This document shows, piece by piece, positions 1 through 12,983 of a stretch of 64,000 nucleotides of DNA. The position numbers and the translations under genes were made by a program. Source of the stretch: Callorhinchus milii (Eukaryota). The stretch covers positions 18,600,001 to 18,664,000 of the forward strand of contig NW_024704754.1 of assembly GCF_018977255.1 (NCBI RefSeq), written 5' to 3'. Positions within the stretch are counted from its first letter, which is position 1; each line of letters opens with the position of its first letter. Below the pieces are notes generated by a model, which was not told the origin of the DNA, ran no database searches, and saw nothing but the letters and a program-made list of their open reading frames with translations.

Positions 1-641
1 ATCGCTGTCAGGGTTAGTTTAAATTCTGACTGCCGTTCGCGATCCAATGGTTTTTCCAATAATAACTCGCATATTATCTTACCATCACTTGTAACCTGTA
101 CGTTTAGATTAAAATATTCATTTGAACTGATTTGATACGTTCTGATTGCGTTTTTACCGACATCCGGGTCGTATGCGCTTGCGAGAAGGAAGCGAGCTCC
201 TGGTGCTATAAACTCAGCGATTTCCAAGAAAAAATCACTCTTCGGGAAACTAGGTGAATTATCATTAATGTCTAGTATCTCGACAGCCACACGGTGCACT
301 TCCAAAGGATTTTTGACTATTACCTCGAAAGAAAGAGAACAGGTGGAGCTCTGACAAAGCTGCTCCCTGTCAATTCTTTCATTGACAAAAACAATCCCAT
401 TCTCCGAATTTACCTCAAGGTATTGTGTTCTTTCTTCGGAGACCAGTCTGAATTTCCGAGCCGATAATTCTCGAAGGTTTAATCCCAAATCTTCGGCGAT
501 ATTCCCCACAAAGGCGCCGTGCTCCAGTTCCTCGGGGATTGTGTACCGAATCTCTCCACAAACCAAGTCCGGGGCATAAAGCAAGAAGATAAAATACGTT
601 GCCAAGCGGTTTAACATCCTTTTACTGCTTGGCTCTGCCAT
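1..641 (-). CDS. Clustered protocadherin V1, 5' part (signal peptide, EC1, most of EC2); runs off the window
   Basis: Manual translation from ATG at 641: MAEPSSKRMLNRLATYFIFLLYAPDLVCGEIRYTIPEELEHGAFVGNIAEDLGL...LEKPLDRERQSEFKLTLTA, still in the same frame at the window edge; own CSE promoter at 875-916. Confidence 0.93.
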   Translation of the reverse strand, partial: MAEPSSKRMLNRLATYFIFLLYAPDLVCGEIRYTIPEELEHGAFVGNIAEDLGLNLRELSARKFRLVSEERTQYLEVNSENGIVFVNERIDREQLCQSSTCSLSFEVIVKNPLEVHRVAVEILDINDNSPSFPKSDFFLEIAEFIAPGARFLLASAYDPDVGKNAIRTYQISSNEYFNLNVQVTSDGKIICELLLEKPLDRERQSEFKLTLTA

Positions 642-874
642 TCCATGCATTCCAGTTTAAAACGAATAGTCTGAAATATAACTTAGTCCGTTATATTACC
701 AAAATCCGACTCTTAAAGTGGAAATATTGAATGTAAATCCAGAAATACAAAGACTCGGCCTTTGTCTGTCCGATCAGAGTTCCAACGCGCAAATGCAGTC
801 TGTCTCTCTGAGTCTGTCCTGCGTTATGGCGATGGGGGAGGGCCGATGGATCTCCAAGAACGTTTCAGCTTCTT

Positions 875-916
875 ATTGGTAGACAGCGACACAAAGAGTC
901 ACATCCAATAACTGCA
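875..916 (-). promoter_or_regulatory. V1 promoter CSE (CGCT box, CTCF-type) flanked by inverted CCAAT boxes
   Basis: Plus strand ATTGG-tagacAGCGacacaaagagtcacat-CCAAT-aaCTGCA; repeated upstream of every unit. Confidence 0.85.
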
Positions 917-2166
917 TCAAGTGTTATTTAAAGCTGGCTTGGTTTTATTCGCATTCATATTCTGTTACAAACCAATATTCCATTGCGTAAAAATACAGCC
1001 TTTATACTGTTGCATTTTTCAAAAAAACAGCACTAACATTTTAAAGTGTAATTTTGTATTTTTTCTGCAAATAACATATTGCGAATCTTTCCCCCAAGCA
1101 GTCTTGAATCAAATCATCAATTCTTAGTCGATTAACATGACTTGCGTGTTCTGGTTCAGTTTAATTACAGCAATATTGGACTTTGAAGAGTGAAGATATT
1201 CGGCCCTATGCATTTTTTTAACTTAGCATAACACTTCTATAATAAACACGGTGAAAAATCAGACGAAACTCGCCGAACTGAACAGACACAAAAAGCTGAT
1301 CTGAACTCTTAAACTGCATTATTTTTCGTGATATTTTCTATAATGCTGCAATATTGATTTCTGTATCTAAATATTTACGGTTTTCTCGTGTTACCAATAT
1401 GTTTTATGATTGCAGATAGATACGTTTCAAAAGAAATGCGTTTTATTTCAGGCGTTTGGCGAACATTCTACGGAAAAATCAGTACAGGAGAGACAAAGAA
1501 GACTGTACAATAATCTCCACTGTGCTGTAGTTCTGGCTCAGTGTGGAGTAGGTACCCACACGAGATGGCACAATTCGCAAGAGAGAAGTTCGCAGGTTTA
1601 TCAGGAAAACCTAATCATCAAGATGTTCCACTCCAACAAACTATAATTAACGCTGTATAATAGTTTCAGTAAAAACGTGTTCTGCTTTGGAAAGGTTGTT
1701 TTATTCATTTATCTTCCTGCATCTATATGGCGTAAACTATCTGTTCATGTTTGTGCAACATGTGACCTGGTTAGAAATGATATTAACTATCCTACAATTA
1801 ACAGAAAAACAAGTAACTACTTTGTACCAGAACTGTATTCTAATTTATCCCCCACCACCCCGAATATAGAGGAATGATATGCTTTCTATGTTTTGTAATA
1901 CGAATATTTTGTATTCCCTAGTCGATGTGATTATCATAACTTGTTTAAGGTTGTCCATTGTACTAAAATAGCTTTTCTGAATATCACTTTATGATTGTAT
2001 ATTTACTACAGATTCACACACATATGGTGGGATGAAAATGTCTGCACATGCACACCTAAGTATCATATGTTTGCAGTCTGCGAAATAAACAGTCGTATAA
2101 ATACATTTATCTAAATTTGGAATTTGAATACCCTCTTGAGTGAATCAACGTCTATAATCGGCAGCA

Positions 2167-4592
2167 CTAGTTTTCTGGCATATTGCTTTGTCGACTTTGG
2201 TGGTCAGTGACCTCGATATTACTCTTGGGAAGGGTTGAATTGTAACTTCTTAAAAACAGAAAATCACTCTTCGCTGACTCTGGAGAGAGACACACCTGAT
2301 AATTATAAACTCCAGGATTATATCCAGTGTAATTCAGACATTCGTTTGGTGCGGATCCGTGATCAGAAACATTTCTCGAACTCCTGTATCCCCAGCAGCA
2401 TATTGCAGTATCGCAACCGTAGTTGGTTTTTCTGTCCTGATGACATTTGACAGCAACAAGGGCAACTATTGCCACTAAAAATATAAATGAAGTTGATGCT
2501 AAAGTGATGATCAAATACACATTTAGATCAGAGAAGTTATCTGGCTTTGTATACAAATCATTACGCCCAAGGTGATTTTCAGTAACATTCTCCACAATGG
2601 AAAAGGAAATGGTGACAGAGGCGGAGAGCATTGGTTGGCCATTGTCTTTTATCGTTATGATCAGACTTTGAGTCGTGAAGTCTTGGTATGAAAAGCTGCG
2701 AGTCGTTCTGATTTCCCCAGAGTAAAGCCCCACACTGAATAAACTGGGATCAGTAGCTTTGAGCAACTTGTAGGATAGCCTCGAATTTTGCCCAGAATCG
2801 GCATCAGCCGCGACTACCCTCGTGACCAAGTAACCCGTCGGCGCTGATCTGGGCACAGTTTCCACTGCGACCGATCCGTTCCGGGTTAAAGGCGAGATGA
2901 CCACCGGCACGTTATCGTTTTGATCCAAAATAATGACGTTGATTGTCGTGCTGCTGCTCAGTGGAGGGACTCCGGCATCGCGGGCTTGAACCTGGATGTG
3001 GAAGCTCTTCAGTGCTTCGTAATCAAAAGAGCGCAGCGCGTAAACGTCCCCATTGTTCGAGTTCACACTGATATAAGCAGATGTCGATTCGCCCTGAATA
3101 AAACTATCCAACAAAGTATATGTGACATAAGAATTCGCATCCAAATCGGGGTCGAGGGCGGTGAGTGAAAAAATAGAAGCGCCGGGAGTGATATTTTCTG
3201 TCAGGTAGACTGTGTATGAGGGCTGCTCAAACCGTGGCGCGTTATCATTGACGTCTGACAAGGACACGCAAATAGTTTTGTTTGCGTAAAGAGGCGGAGA
3301 CCCTGTGTCCCAGGCCAGGACTGTTACGTTATACGTAGGGGTGGACTCGCGATCCAAAGGCCCGTTAGTGACGAATTTATATTGGTTTTCCGAAGATGAT
3401 TGAAGTTTAAAAGGAACGGTGTTTGAGATCCGGCAATGCACCTGTCCGTTTTCTCCAGAGTCTCTATCCGAAACACTGATGAGCGTTATCACTGTCCCCG
3501 GGGCCACGTTCTCGGGCACAGTGCCGAAAGCTGATGTCAGTTTTATTTCAGGAGGATTATCATTCACGTCAATTATTTCCACCAAAACTTTGCAATGCCC
3601 CTTCATGGCGAGTTGACCATTATCTGTGGCTTGTATAGCGAGTTCATAAACCTTTGCCTCTTCAAAATCCAATCTTCCTTGTACTGTAATTTCTCCGTTT
3701 CTGAGTCCAAACTGAACAGTTCACGAACTCTTTGGGAAGCGTGATTACTGAAGGAATATGTCATCTCGGCGTTTGCACCTTCATCCAAATCATCAGCATT
3801 AACTGTGGCCACTGAGGTACCCGTTGGCGAGTTTTCTGACAATCTTGCTTTATACAGTTGTTGATCAAACGCAGGCGCGTTGTCATTTGCATCTAACACT
3901 GTGATAATAATGCGAGCGGTGCCTGATTTCTCGGGGAAACCTCCATCAATCGCTTTCAGTATTAACTGAAAGGTTGCCTCCGTTTCCCGGTCCAAAGATT
4001 TCTCCAACAATAACTCGGCAACTTTATTTCCATCACTCGTTGTCTGCATATTGAGGCCGAAGCACTCGTTTGAACTGATCTCGTAATTTTTAATAGTGTT
4101 GGTGCCCACATCAGGATCGTACGCGCTCTCCAGAGGGAAGCGAGCTCCCGGGGCGATGGACTCGCCGACCTCCAAGATAAAATCACGCTTTGGAAAACTG
4201 GGCGAATTGTCATTCACGTCCAATATCTCTACCTCCACCCGATATATTTCCAAAGGATTTTGGATGGTAACCTCAAAAGAAAGGGAGCAGGTGGGGCTCT
4301 GAGCACAAAGCTGCTCTCTGTCGATTCGCTCATTAACACATAAAATTCCAGTGTCCAAATTTACCTCGAAATGGCGTTTGTTGCCTTCAAAGACCAGCCG
4401 CAAGTCCCGAGCTGACATCGTCCGAGCATCCGTTCCTAAATACTCAGCGATATTCCCCACAAAGGCTCCGCGCTCCAGTTCCTCGGGAATCGAGTAGCGA
4501 ATCTGACCGTCAGCCACGTCCGAGAAACACAACAGGAAAATTAAATGAAACGCCCAGCGTTTAAATACCCTTCTGCTGTGTAGGTTCGCCAT
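2167..4592 (-). CDS. Clustered protocadherin V2 (6 EC, TM, tail); one 1-bp frameshift near 3695
   Basis: ORFs 3603..4637 and 2167..3672 join if one G is restored (ACG GGA GAA ATT = ETGEITVQGRLDFE). DRE, DxNDNxP and AxDxG cadherin motifs; EC1 Cys-X5-Cys. Confidence 0.85.
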
Positions 4593-4857
4593 CTTACTTA
4601 CTTTCTGAATCCGAGTTGAAAATAAATCAGAACGCAAATCTCTTGTGATTCGGCGATTTTGCTAACATTGCCAATATATATTTCTGATGAATATTGGTAT
4701 TTAGTCCACACAATGAGGAAAATGGAAGATCCCCGGAGCTCTGAGCATTGCAGCGAGATATAAAGAAAGGAACAACTGCGCTCTTCCCTGCGTTTTTTGT
4801 GCCGGATGATGGAGGAGGAGGGAAGGCGATGGATCTCTAGCGACGTTTCCCTTCTTG

Positions 4858-4899
4858 ATTGGTAGACAGCGACACAAGCAGCCTCACCCAATAATTACA
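4858..4899 (-). promoter_or_regulatory. V2 promoter CSE / double CCAAT
   Basis: ATTGG 4858, CCAAT 4888, cagcgacac between them. Confidence 0.85.
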
Positions 4900-4982
4900 A
4901 TCTGCGGTTCTTAAAGCAAGGCTGCATCTTCCCAAAATATGGATAATTACAACGAGCGTAACGATGAGCCCTCCACACCCAA

Positions 4983-5150
4983 AATAATAATACAAATCAT
5001 CATTACATTTGATACAGCGTCTTATCGCGTTGTTGAGACGTCTTAAAGCGCTTCTAAAAAAATACTACGAAGTAAATTGACTGCACCTTTTGTGGGCGAA
5101 AGACGGCAGCCAGTTGCGCACAGCAGTGTCCCAAAATAGTCGTTGAATAA
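4983..5150 (-). mobile_element. SINE 3' fragment (Deu core and tail)
   Basis: ggcagccagttgcgcacagcagtgtccca is the reverse complement of the core at ~27595-27625; aataataat tail. Confidence 0.8.
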
Positions 5151-5468
5151 GTGGCCATATTTTTTATGTGGGTGATAAGATAGTCAGTAACAGATCTAAC
5201 AGGGAGTTTAGGAGGAACTTCTAAATAGGCCCAGAACACCCACAAGTATTTCGAAGGATCTTGCTTCCCGTCTTTTATTTTTTTTAGAATATTTCTTATT
5301 ATTGACAATCGAAATATCACACTACAGCTAGTAAAAATGCAACCACGGACTATATGAAACTTCGCATTTATAGACAATGTTTCACCCTCACCATGCATAT
5401 GTCACTGTGTCAACACGTCAAATATACTGCTGTTACATGGATCCATCACAAAACTACATCAGTGCCCG

Positions 5469-7892
5469 TCATTGGTAGTTGCTGGTGTCACCAACATTGA
5501 CATCACCAAGAGGTAGAGTTGGATTACAGGCTTTCAGAAACAGGAATTCACTCTTAGATGACTCTGGAGATAAACAGACCCTAAAATTATACTTATCAGG
5601 AACCGGAAGCGTCTCCCCACCCCCAGTATAATTTAAATATTCTTTTGCCGTCGGTCTCCTGTAAACAGCACTGTCTGAACTCTGAGGTCTGAGACAGCAA
5701 CAAGCCGAGGTGTTGTAGTCTCGGATTATAGTGCTGTCTTGTTTGCATTTAATGGTCACCAGGCAAGTTATTATGACGAGAAATATCAAGGACGTCGTTC
5801 CCAAACCAATTATTAAATACAGATTTAAATGCGAAAAATATTCAACGGTTACCGGCTGTTCATTTCGTTCAAAGAATTGTTCAGTCACGTTGTCCAGAAT
5901 CTGAAAGAGTATTGTGAGTGTGGTGGACAGGCTGGGTTGTCCATTGTCCTTTACCAAGAGGACCACTCTTTGGAAAGCGACATCCACATCAAAAATACTT
6001 CGAGTTGTTGTGATTTCTCCTGTGAGAGGGTCCAATTTGAAGAGACTGGGGTCGGTGCAGTCCATTAACTTGTAGGAAAGCCGTGCGTTCTGACCTGAAT
6101 CTGCATCTGTAGTTATTACCTTTGTGACTGTGTAGCCCGGATAGGTTGACTGAGGCGCTATCTCCACGTTTGCTGAATTATTCCACGTTATAGGCGAAAC
6201 AACAACCGGCGCGTTATCATTTTGATCCAGAATGATAGCATTCAGGGTGGCAATGCTGTTCAGCGAGAGAACCCCACCATCCCGAGCTTGAATATGGATC
6301 TGAAAGTGTTTCAGTTTTTCGTAGTCAAAGGAACGCAGCGCGTAAAGGTTCCCACTTTTCGAGTTGATGCTAACGTAAGCAGACGTGTTGTGCCAATTGC
6401 TCTCTTGGACAAAATAGGAGACCTCGCCATTCTGGTTCAAATCACGATCAACAGCCTCCACCGTAAATATAGAAGCACCGGGAGAGTTGTTCTCTGTCAG
6501 GTACACGTTGTATGACGATTGAGTAAATTGTGGAGCGTTGTCGTTTACATCGGAAACCGTCACCGAAATAATTTTGGTTGTTGAAAGCGGGGGAGAGCCT
6601 TCGTCCCAGGCTAAGATGGACACGTTGTATAGAGCAACCGTTTCGCGATCCAATGTGTCACTGGTAACCAATTTATAACGGTATTTAGAAGATGTTAAAA
6701 GTTTGAATGGAACGTTCCTCGCCAACTGGCAGTCAATCTGTCCGTTTTTGCCGGAATCTCGATCGCTTACCGTGATCAGGGCAATTACAGTTCCTGGAAT
6801 AGCATCTTCTGCGACCATGCCAGACAACGATGTTAGTTTTACATCGGGAGCGTTATCATTGATATCAATTATTCCGACAAAAACTTTGGCATATCCTACC
6901 AGTGCCATAGCTTGCGGGGCATTGTCCACCGCTTGTACATCAAGTTCATACATATTTGATTCCTCGTAATCCAGTACGCCTTGAACTCTAACCTCTCCCG
7001 TTACCGGATCCACATTAAATAATTTGCGGACTTTCGCCGAGACGCGATCACTGAAAGAATATGTCACCTCACCGTTTTGCCTTTCATCTAAATCGTCAGC
7101 TTGTATTCTGATCACTAACGTATCCTTGGGTGTATTTTCGAGCAAGTTCGCCCTGTATATCTTTTCACTGAAAACGGGCGCGTTGTCGTTCGCATCCAGG
7201 ACAGTGATAAAAACCTGAGCTGTGCCAGATCTGTGCGGGATGCCGCCATCAATGGCCGTCAGCGCCAGCTGGAAGGTTGATTGCTGTTCGCGATCCAAGG
7301 TCTTCTGCAAGACTAACTCGGCGGTTTTAGCACCATCACTCCTCGTCTCGATTTTTAGGCCAAAATGCTCATTTGGGCTTATTTGGTAAGTGCTTATTGT
7401 GTTTATCCCCACGTCCGGATCGTGCGCGCTCTCAAGAGGGAAGGATGTTCCCGGTGCAACCAACTCAAATATTTGCAAGGTAAAGCGACCCTTAGGAAAA
7501 CTCGGTGAATTATCGTTTATGTCTAATATCTCCACTTCGACGCGGTACATTTCCAAAGGATTTTCGACCGACACGTCGAAGGAAATGAAGCAGGTAGAGC
7601 TCTGTCCACAAAGCTTTTCTCTGTCGATTCTCTCATTCACAAACAAAATCCCATTCGGCATATTTACCTCCAGATAGCGCTTCCGATCGTCGGATACCAT
7701 TCTGAGCTTGCGAGCTGACAACCGATGAACGTCCAGTCCCAAATCCTCAGCGATATTTCCAATAAAAGCATCCTGCTCCAATTCCTCGGGAATCGAGTAC
7801 CGAATTTGTCCGGAAACCAAGTCGGAGACCATGAGAGAATAAAGAGACCAGAAGAGAATGAAAGACGCCCTGTTGTTCAAAACACTCGCCAT
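5469..7892 (-). CDS. Clustered protocadherin V3, intact 807 aa
   Basis: Full ORF: signal peptide, QIRYSIPEE...FIGNIAEDLGL EC1, six cadherin repeats, TM (LNLYLIIGLG...), tail YNFRVCLSPESSKSEFLFLK. Confidence 0.96.
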   Translation of the reverse strand: MASVLNNRASFILFWSLYSLMVSDLVSGQIRYSIPEELEQDAFIGNIAEDLGLDVHRLSARKLRMVSDDRKRYLEVNMPNGILFVNERIDREKLCGQSSTCFISFDVSVENPLEMYRVEVEILDINDNSPSFPKGRFTLQIFELVAPGTSFPLESAHDPDVGINTISTYQISPNEHFGLKIETRSDGAKTAELVLQKTLDREQQSTFQLALTAIDGGIPHRSGTAQVFITVLDANDNAPVFSEKIYRANLLENTPKDTLVIRIQADDLDERQNGEVTYSFSDRVSAKVRKLFNVDPVTGEVRVQGVLDYEESNMYELDVQAVDNAPQAMALVGYAKVFVGIIDINDNAPDVKLTSLSGMVAEDAIPGTVIALITVSDRDSGKNGQIDCQLARNVPFKLLTSSKYRYKLVTSDTLDRETVALYNVSILAWDEGSPPLSTTKIISVTVSDVNDNAPQFTQSSYNVYLTENNSPGASIFTVEAVDRDLNQNGEVSYFVQESNWHNTSAYVSINSKSGNLYALRSFDYEKLKHFQIHIQARDGGVLSLNSIATLNAIILDQNDNAPVVVSPITWNNSANVEIAPQSTYPGYTVTKVITTDADSGQNARLSYKLMDCTDPSLFKLDPLTGEITTTRSIFDVDVAFQRVVLLVKDNGQPSLSTTLTILFQILDNVTEQFFERNEQPVTVEYFSHLNLYLIIGLGTTSLIFLVIITCLVTIKCKQDSTIIRDYNTSACCCLRPQSSDSAVYRRPTAKEYLNYTGGGETLPVPDKYNFRVCLSPESSKSEFLFLKACNPTLPLGDVNVGDTSNYQ

Positions 7893-8160
7893 TTTCGTCT
7901 CCGTTTAAATTTGGTTCAAGTACAGCTATGTTTCCTCGAATCTTTCAAATTCACTATATTTTCAAACCACACATTCTGTTATTTAATAAGTGGTGAAATC
8001 GATGTTAAACTGAACATTCCAAGGCTTCCAGCTCATTTTTTTCCCGAACATGGCTGCACAACGCAAACGCAGGCACCATTCGACTGTCTCTGTCACAGGA
8101 CTGTTCTGCGTTTTTGTAAAGGGGGTGTGGGGTAGATCTCTCGCAGCGTCTCAGCTTCTT

Positions 8161-8202
8161 ATTGGGAGACAGCGACACAAAGAGTCCCGACCAACAACTG
8201 CA
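8161..8202 (-). promoter_or_regulatory. V3 promoter CSE (distal box reads CCAAC)
   Basis: ATTGG 8161, CCAAC 8191, cagcgacac core, ctgca module. Confidence 0.85.
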
Positions 8203-9244
8203 CTGAGCATTTCTTAAAGCGAGAATACATGGAAGTGTAATGCCAACGAACTATTGTTAGCATTCTATGAACCAAATCTCATATGTGTCGTTATGATTTT
8301 TTTTAAGAAACACTGAATGTATCATAATGTGGCATAAGTTCAGCAATTCAAGTAATCAACTACTTTCACAGTTCGAGAATTTGTACTTAATGTAGAATGC
8401 ATCTATCCATACGAGGTCATGGGTCACGTTTTGTTCACTTAACAGTAGATAATGTAAACTTAACAAAGTAGTCTCCAAATATGAATGTTATAGACAATAC
8501 CCAACTTTAATCATAAAAGAAAATGTGAAGCCAACACCTGACCCGGTTGGGGAAAGAAGTTCAGCAAACCCTGGCTGATAGTTATAAAGGGATTAAGTTA
8601 GGAATCCAAATTTCTCCTTACATTTTATAAAGCATCTTTCTCAATTTGGGTGCAAGCGGGAAGCAAGTGAATAACCAAAATTCTTAAATTATTTGATCTA
8701 CTACAAAAGCAACACATGCATCTTTAAGCAGTTAAATATGTTCCTCATTTAATCATCATACCTGCTTCAATCCTACATGGGGTATGTATCAGCAATTAAA
8801 ACCTATGTGCTATTGGGTTAGGACATAAGCTTTTCAACTTGGGACCTAAATATCAATCCAATCTAAATGAAATAATTACCCTTTGTTTCTAACATGATAG
8901 AGTCTGAACTAGAATTTCGTAAAGACAATCCTTTATGTTTGATATCCATATGTCTCAAAACATTTCACAAAGTTTTTCCGTCATGAGAGAAAATGTGCCT
9001 CATGCTGAACCCCCATCACTAAAAGTGTCTTCCGCTGTTTTATTGCGCACGTGGAAATGGGACTAGAAAAGTTTACCCAATAGCATTTTTGTTACCATCC
9101 CAATCAGTAACCCGTTCAAACACAGAAATTCTGAAAAAAAATGCTCCTTCAGTTTTTATCTTAAAATAATTCTATATCCACCGTTCAAAGGTTGTTTCCG
9201 TAGGTTGACGCGTGGATGGAATTTAACATGTTAATCTAAGTGAA

Positions 9245-11683
9245 TCAATACCTATTTCCGGTGGTATGTATTTCCTGGCCGATTTCTTTTCCCATATTGG
9301 TATCAGACATTTTGAGGGTGCTATGGGGTAGGGTTGGAGCATATGTTTTTAGAAACAGAAAATCTGTTTTGGATGAATCTGGAGAAACACTGAATCTGTA
9401 ATTGTAAGACCCAGGGATGGGGACACTGTCTCTAACCCCGGTATAGTTCAGACAATCTTTAGGTGCAGATCTCCGCATAAAACCATTGCTTGAATCTCTC
9501 ATTGTGCAACAGCAGAAACTACAGTCGTCTCCGTTGTCACTATCTTGGTGGCATTTGATGGCAATAAGCACCATGATAGTCAAAAGAAATATAAAGGAAG
9601 TTGAGCCCAAAGTGATAATTAAATACAGATTCAGATCAGAAAAATTATTAGCGTTTTCCAGAACGTTACTACGTTCAAAGTATTTTTCTGTTACATTGGC
9701 CACTATTGAAAATGCGATAGTCACTGTGGCAGAGAGACTTGGCTGCCCGTTGTCATTTACCGAGATAAGGAGATCTTGGGTGGTGGCATCATGGCTCGAT
9801 ACACTGCGGATTAACTTGATTTCTCCAGTTTTGAGTCCCACGCTGATTAGACTGGGATCAGTGGCTTTACGCAGCTGATATGAAAGCCGTGCGTTCTGAC
9901 CAGAATCAGCATCAGTCGCCATTACTTTGGTCACCAAGTATCCCGCTGGTGCTGACTGGGGCACTGGACCCACGGTTGCTGATCCGTTCCGTGTTACAGG
10001 GGAAACCACCGCGGGAGCGTTGTCATTTTGATCCAAGATAATCACATTGACTGCGGCGCTGCTGCTCAGTGACGGGGATCCGGAATCCCGCGCCTGAACT
10101 TGGATCTGAAAGTGTTTTAGCCGCTCGTAGTCAAAAGAGCGCAGCGCGTAAATGTTCCCACTTTTCGAGTCAATACTGACGTAAGGAAAGGACGTCATTC
10201 CCTGTATGGGATTCTCCAGGATGGAATAGGACACGTGGGAATTCTGGTCTAAATCCGGATCCAAAGCTGTAACTGATAGAATGGAGTCACCGGGAGCGTT
10301 GTTCTCCATCACATATGCAGTGTATGAGGACTGGTCAAACCGGGGCGCGTTGTCATTGATATCCGACACAGTCACTAGGAGGGTTTTATTGGACGAAAGA
10401 GGGGGCGATCCCGAGTCCCAGGCTAAGATAGAGATGTTATAAACGTGGACCTTTTCACGATCCAACATTTGGCTCGTGACTAATTTGTAGTGGTTCGCTC
10501 GACCTTTCTGCAGCTTAAATGGAATATTCGCAGGAATCTGACAAACAACGTCACCGTTTTTACCCGAATCGCGGTCTGTCACACCGATCACAGCGATCAC
10601 AGTCCCGGGCGCAGCATTTTCGGGTACCTTACCGGACACTGAGGTGAGTTTTATCTCAGGACTGTTATCATTCACATCAATCAGCGTGACAACAACTTTG
10701 GAGTGTCCCGCCATTGCCGGAGCGCCGTTGTCTACAGCTTGCACAGTCAGTTCGTAAACCTTGGATTCTTCAAAATCCAGTGCCCTTTGAAGTCGGATCT
10801 CTCCAGTGTTTCCGTCAATAGCGAACAATTCTCGCTCTGTTTGTGAGACATAATTGCTGAAAGAATATCTTACCTCAGCATTTGCTCCTTCGTCCAAATC
10901 ACCAGCTTTAACTTTCGTCACTAAAGTACCCAATGGCGCATCTTCTACCAAGCTGACTTTGTATAACTCGCTATCAAATACGGGTGCGTTGTCATTTGCG
11001 TCCAGTACATTAATCGAGATCTGAACTGTGCCCAATCTCTGTGGTCGGCCACCGTCAAAGGCTGTCAACACCAGCTGAACGCTTGACTGTCTTTCGCGGT
11101 CTAAAGATTTCTCTAACAACAACTCGGGGACGTTTCTTCCATCGCCTCTTGTGTATAATTTCAGGCCGAAGTGCTCATTTGAGTTTATCTGGTAAGTGCT
11201 TACTGTGTTCGTCCCCACGTCGGGATCTTGCGCCATCTCCAGAGGAAAACGGGCGCCTGGTGCGACCGACTCCGCAATCTGTATGGAAAATGAGCTCTTC
11301 GGAAAGGACGGGGAATTGTCGTTTATGTCTAATATTTCGACTTCGAAATCATGCACTTGTAAAGGGTTTTCCATCATTACCTCAAAGGAAAGGAAACAGG
11401 TCGAGCTGGGTCCACAGAGCTGTTCTCTGTCGATTCTTTCGTTCACGAATAAAATCCCATCGTCCAGGTTCACCTCCAAATATCGCCTTTTATTGTCAGA
11501 GAGCAGACGGCATTTTCGAATGGCCAGTTCCCGGATCTTCAATCCCAAATCTTCAGCAATATTCCCTACAAAGGCGCCGAGTTTCAGTTCCTCGGGAATT
11601 GAGTACTGAACGTGTCCAGTCGTTAAATCTGAGACCATTATGAGGAGAGCGAAAGACGCCCAACGGCTGTGTACATTCGCCAT
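9245..11683 (-). CDS. Clustered protocadherin V4, intact 812 aa
   Basis: Full ORF with six cadherin repeats, TM and Cys-rich tail. Confidence 0.96.
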   Translation of the reverse strand: MANVHSRWASFALLIMVSDLTTGHVQYSIPEELKLGAFVGNIAEDLGLKIRELAIRKCRLLSDNKRRYLEVNLDDGILFVNERIDREQLCGPSSTCFLSFEVMMENPLQVHDFEVEILDINDNSPSFPKSSFSIQIAESVAPGARFPLEMAQDPDVGTNTVSTYQINSNEHFGLKLYTRGDGRNVPELLLEKSLDRERQSSVQLVLTAFDGGRPQRLGTVQISINVLDANDNAPVFDSELYKVSLVEDAPLGTLVTKVKAGDLDEGANAEVRYSFSNYVSQTERELFAIDGNTGEIRLQRALDFEESKVYELTVQAVDNGAPAMAGHSKVVVTLIDVNDNSPEIKLTSVSGKVPENAAPGTVIAVIGVTDRDSGKNGDVVCQIPANIPFKLQKGRANHYKLVTSQMLDREKVHVYNISILAWDSGSPPLSSNKTLLVTVSDINDNAPRFDQSSYTAYVMENNAPGDSILSVTALDPDLDQNSHVSYSILENPIQGMTSFPYVSIDSKSGNIYALRSFDYERLKHFQIQVQARDSGSPSLSSSAAVNVIILDQNDNAPAVVSPVTRNGSATVGPVPQSAPAGYLVTKVMATDADSGQNARLSYQLRKATDPSLISVGLKTGEIKLIRSVSSHDATTQDLLISVNDNGQPSLSATVTIAFSIVANVTEKYFERSNVLENANNFSDLNLYLIITLGSTSFIFLLTIMVLIAIKCHQDSDNGDDCSFCCCTMRDSSNGFMRRSAPKDCLNYTGVRDSVPIPGSYNYRFSVSPDSSKTDFLFLKTYAPTLPHSTLKMSDTNMGKEIGQEIHTTGNRY

Positions 11684-11930
11684 CTTTGGCGGAGTTCCGT
11701 AACACAGTTTCCACCAATGCTGTTTTCTTTTTCACTGCAAAACCGCTTTGTTGATGAATGCAAATGCCGTTGAACTTGGACACCAAAATCACTCGGCTTC
11801 AGTCATTCTGGGCATGGCTCCGTAATGCAAACGCAGGCACCGTTCGTCTCTCTCTCTCTCTCCCTCTCTGATTATGGTCTGTTCTTTGTGAAGGGAAGGG
11901 GGTAGATCTCTCGCAACGTTTCAGCTCCTT

Positions 11931-11972
11931 ATTGGCGCACAGCGACACGAAGAGCCCCGACCAATAACTGCA
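11931..11972 (-). promoter_or_regulatory. V4 promoter CSE / double CCAAT
   Basis: ATTGG 11931, CCAAT 11961; sense strand TGCAGTTATTGGTCGGGGCTCTTCGTGTCGCTGTGCGCCAAT. Confidence 0.85.
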
Positions 11973-12983
11973 CTAAGGTTTTCTTAAAGCTGGTTTGCAT
12001 GAAAATCCTACCCAGGGATATATTATATTATCGACCACGCTCAAAATTCTCAAGGTATAAGTAGAATTTAATCAAATTTACATTTAGTATTACTTTCTTA
12101 CTTTTAAACGTGGTGGTGGGGGTGGGGGGAGCAACTTGTTGCCATGTAAGGTACATCGATCCTGATGGTAAAATCCTGTGGTTTCCATAATTTTTCCCCA
12201 CTTCAACCAGTAGCATTTTCCTCTTCATATTCTAGTGCGACAAACAAACATTTTCCATTTCCTTTTAGGTCTTATTTAAAGGTATCTTCCTTATTCCCAA
12301 ATAAATAATAAGGTAATGGATCCAGGAATATGACGTCAAATAGTGCTATCATTTGAAGCACCAGACAACAAATGATTTTGTTCTTGCACTTTCTCAATGC
12401 GCCATTATTGAGCAATTGATACCATTCACGCTTTGGAGGAACGTTTTCTCCGGGATTGTAATTTTTTGTCAATTTGGGTCCAAAATACAGTCAATTTAAG
12501 GTAATAATTTAAGCCAACGGCACCATTTGCTATGGGAAATATGCAAAGATGGTGGCCTATTAGGAATCGTATTAGGAAATTAGGAATTGTCCTTCCCCAG
12601 ATCACTTATTTCTAACTGAATGCAATGTTTCCAAATTGGTGTGAGCAAAACGGCCATTAATCTTCCACCAAATGTATATACGCTTAGAAATTAAAGAAAA
12701 ACTCACATAGAAAGCCAAAAATCTTATACAGATTTAGAAGAAGGTGTTACTCCTGAAATACGCTGAAATAACCTTCTGGCAAGAAGAAAGATATAGTTTT
12801 ATTCTAGCTCTCCTGTTCCCTGACCTCAGCATACGCTTTGCAGTCTCTAGGCATCCAAAAGAAGAACATGCACTCAATTATCAACGCTACTAGCATTGAT
12901 AAATCAACATCTAATGTTTCTATCTGTTACTATATGAATAGAGTTTCATTTTTAAAACAAATACTTGAACCACTGCAAATGAA

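Noticed and set aside
11846-11868. (CT)n tract in the V4 5' region
   Set aside because: Short microsatellite, not conserved as a repeat in other promoters.
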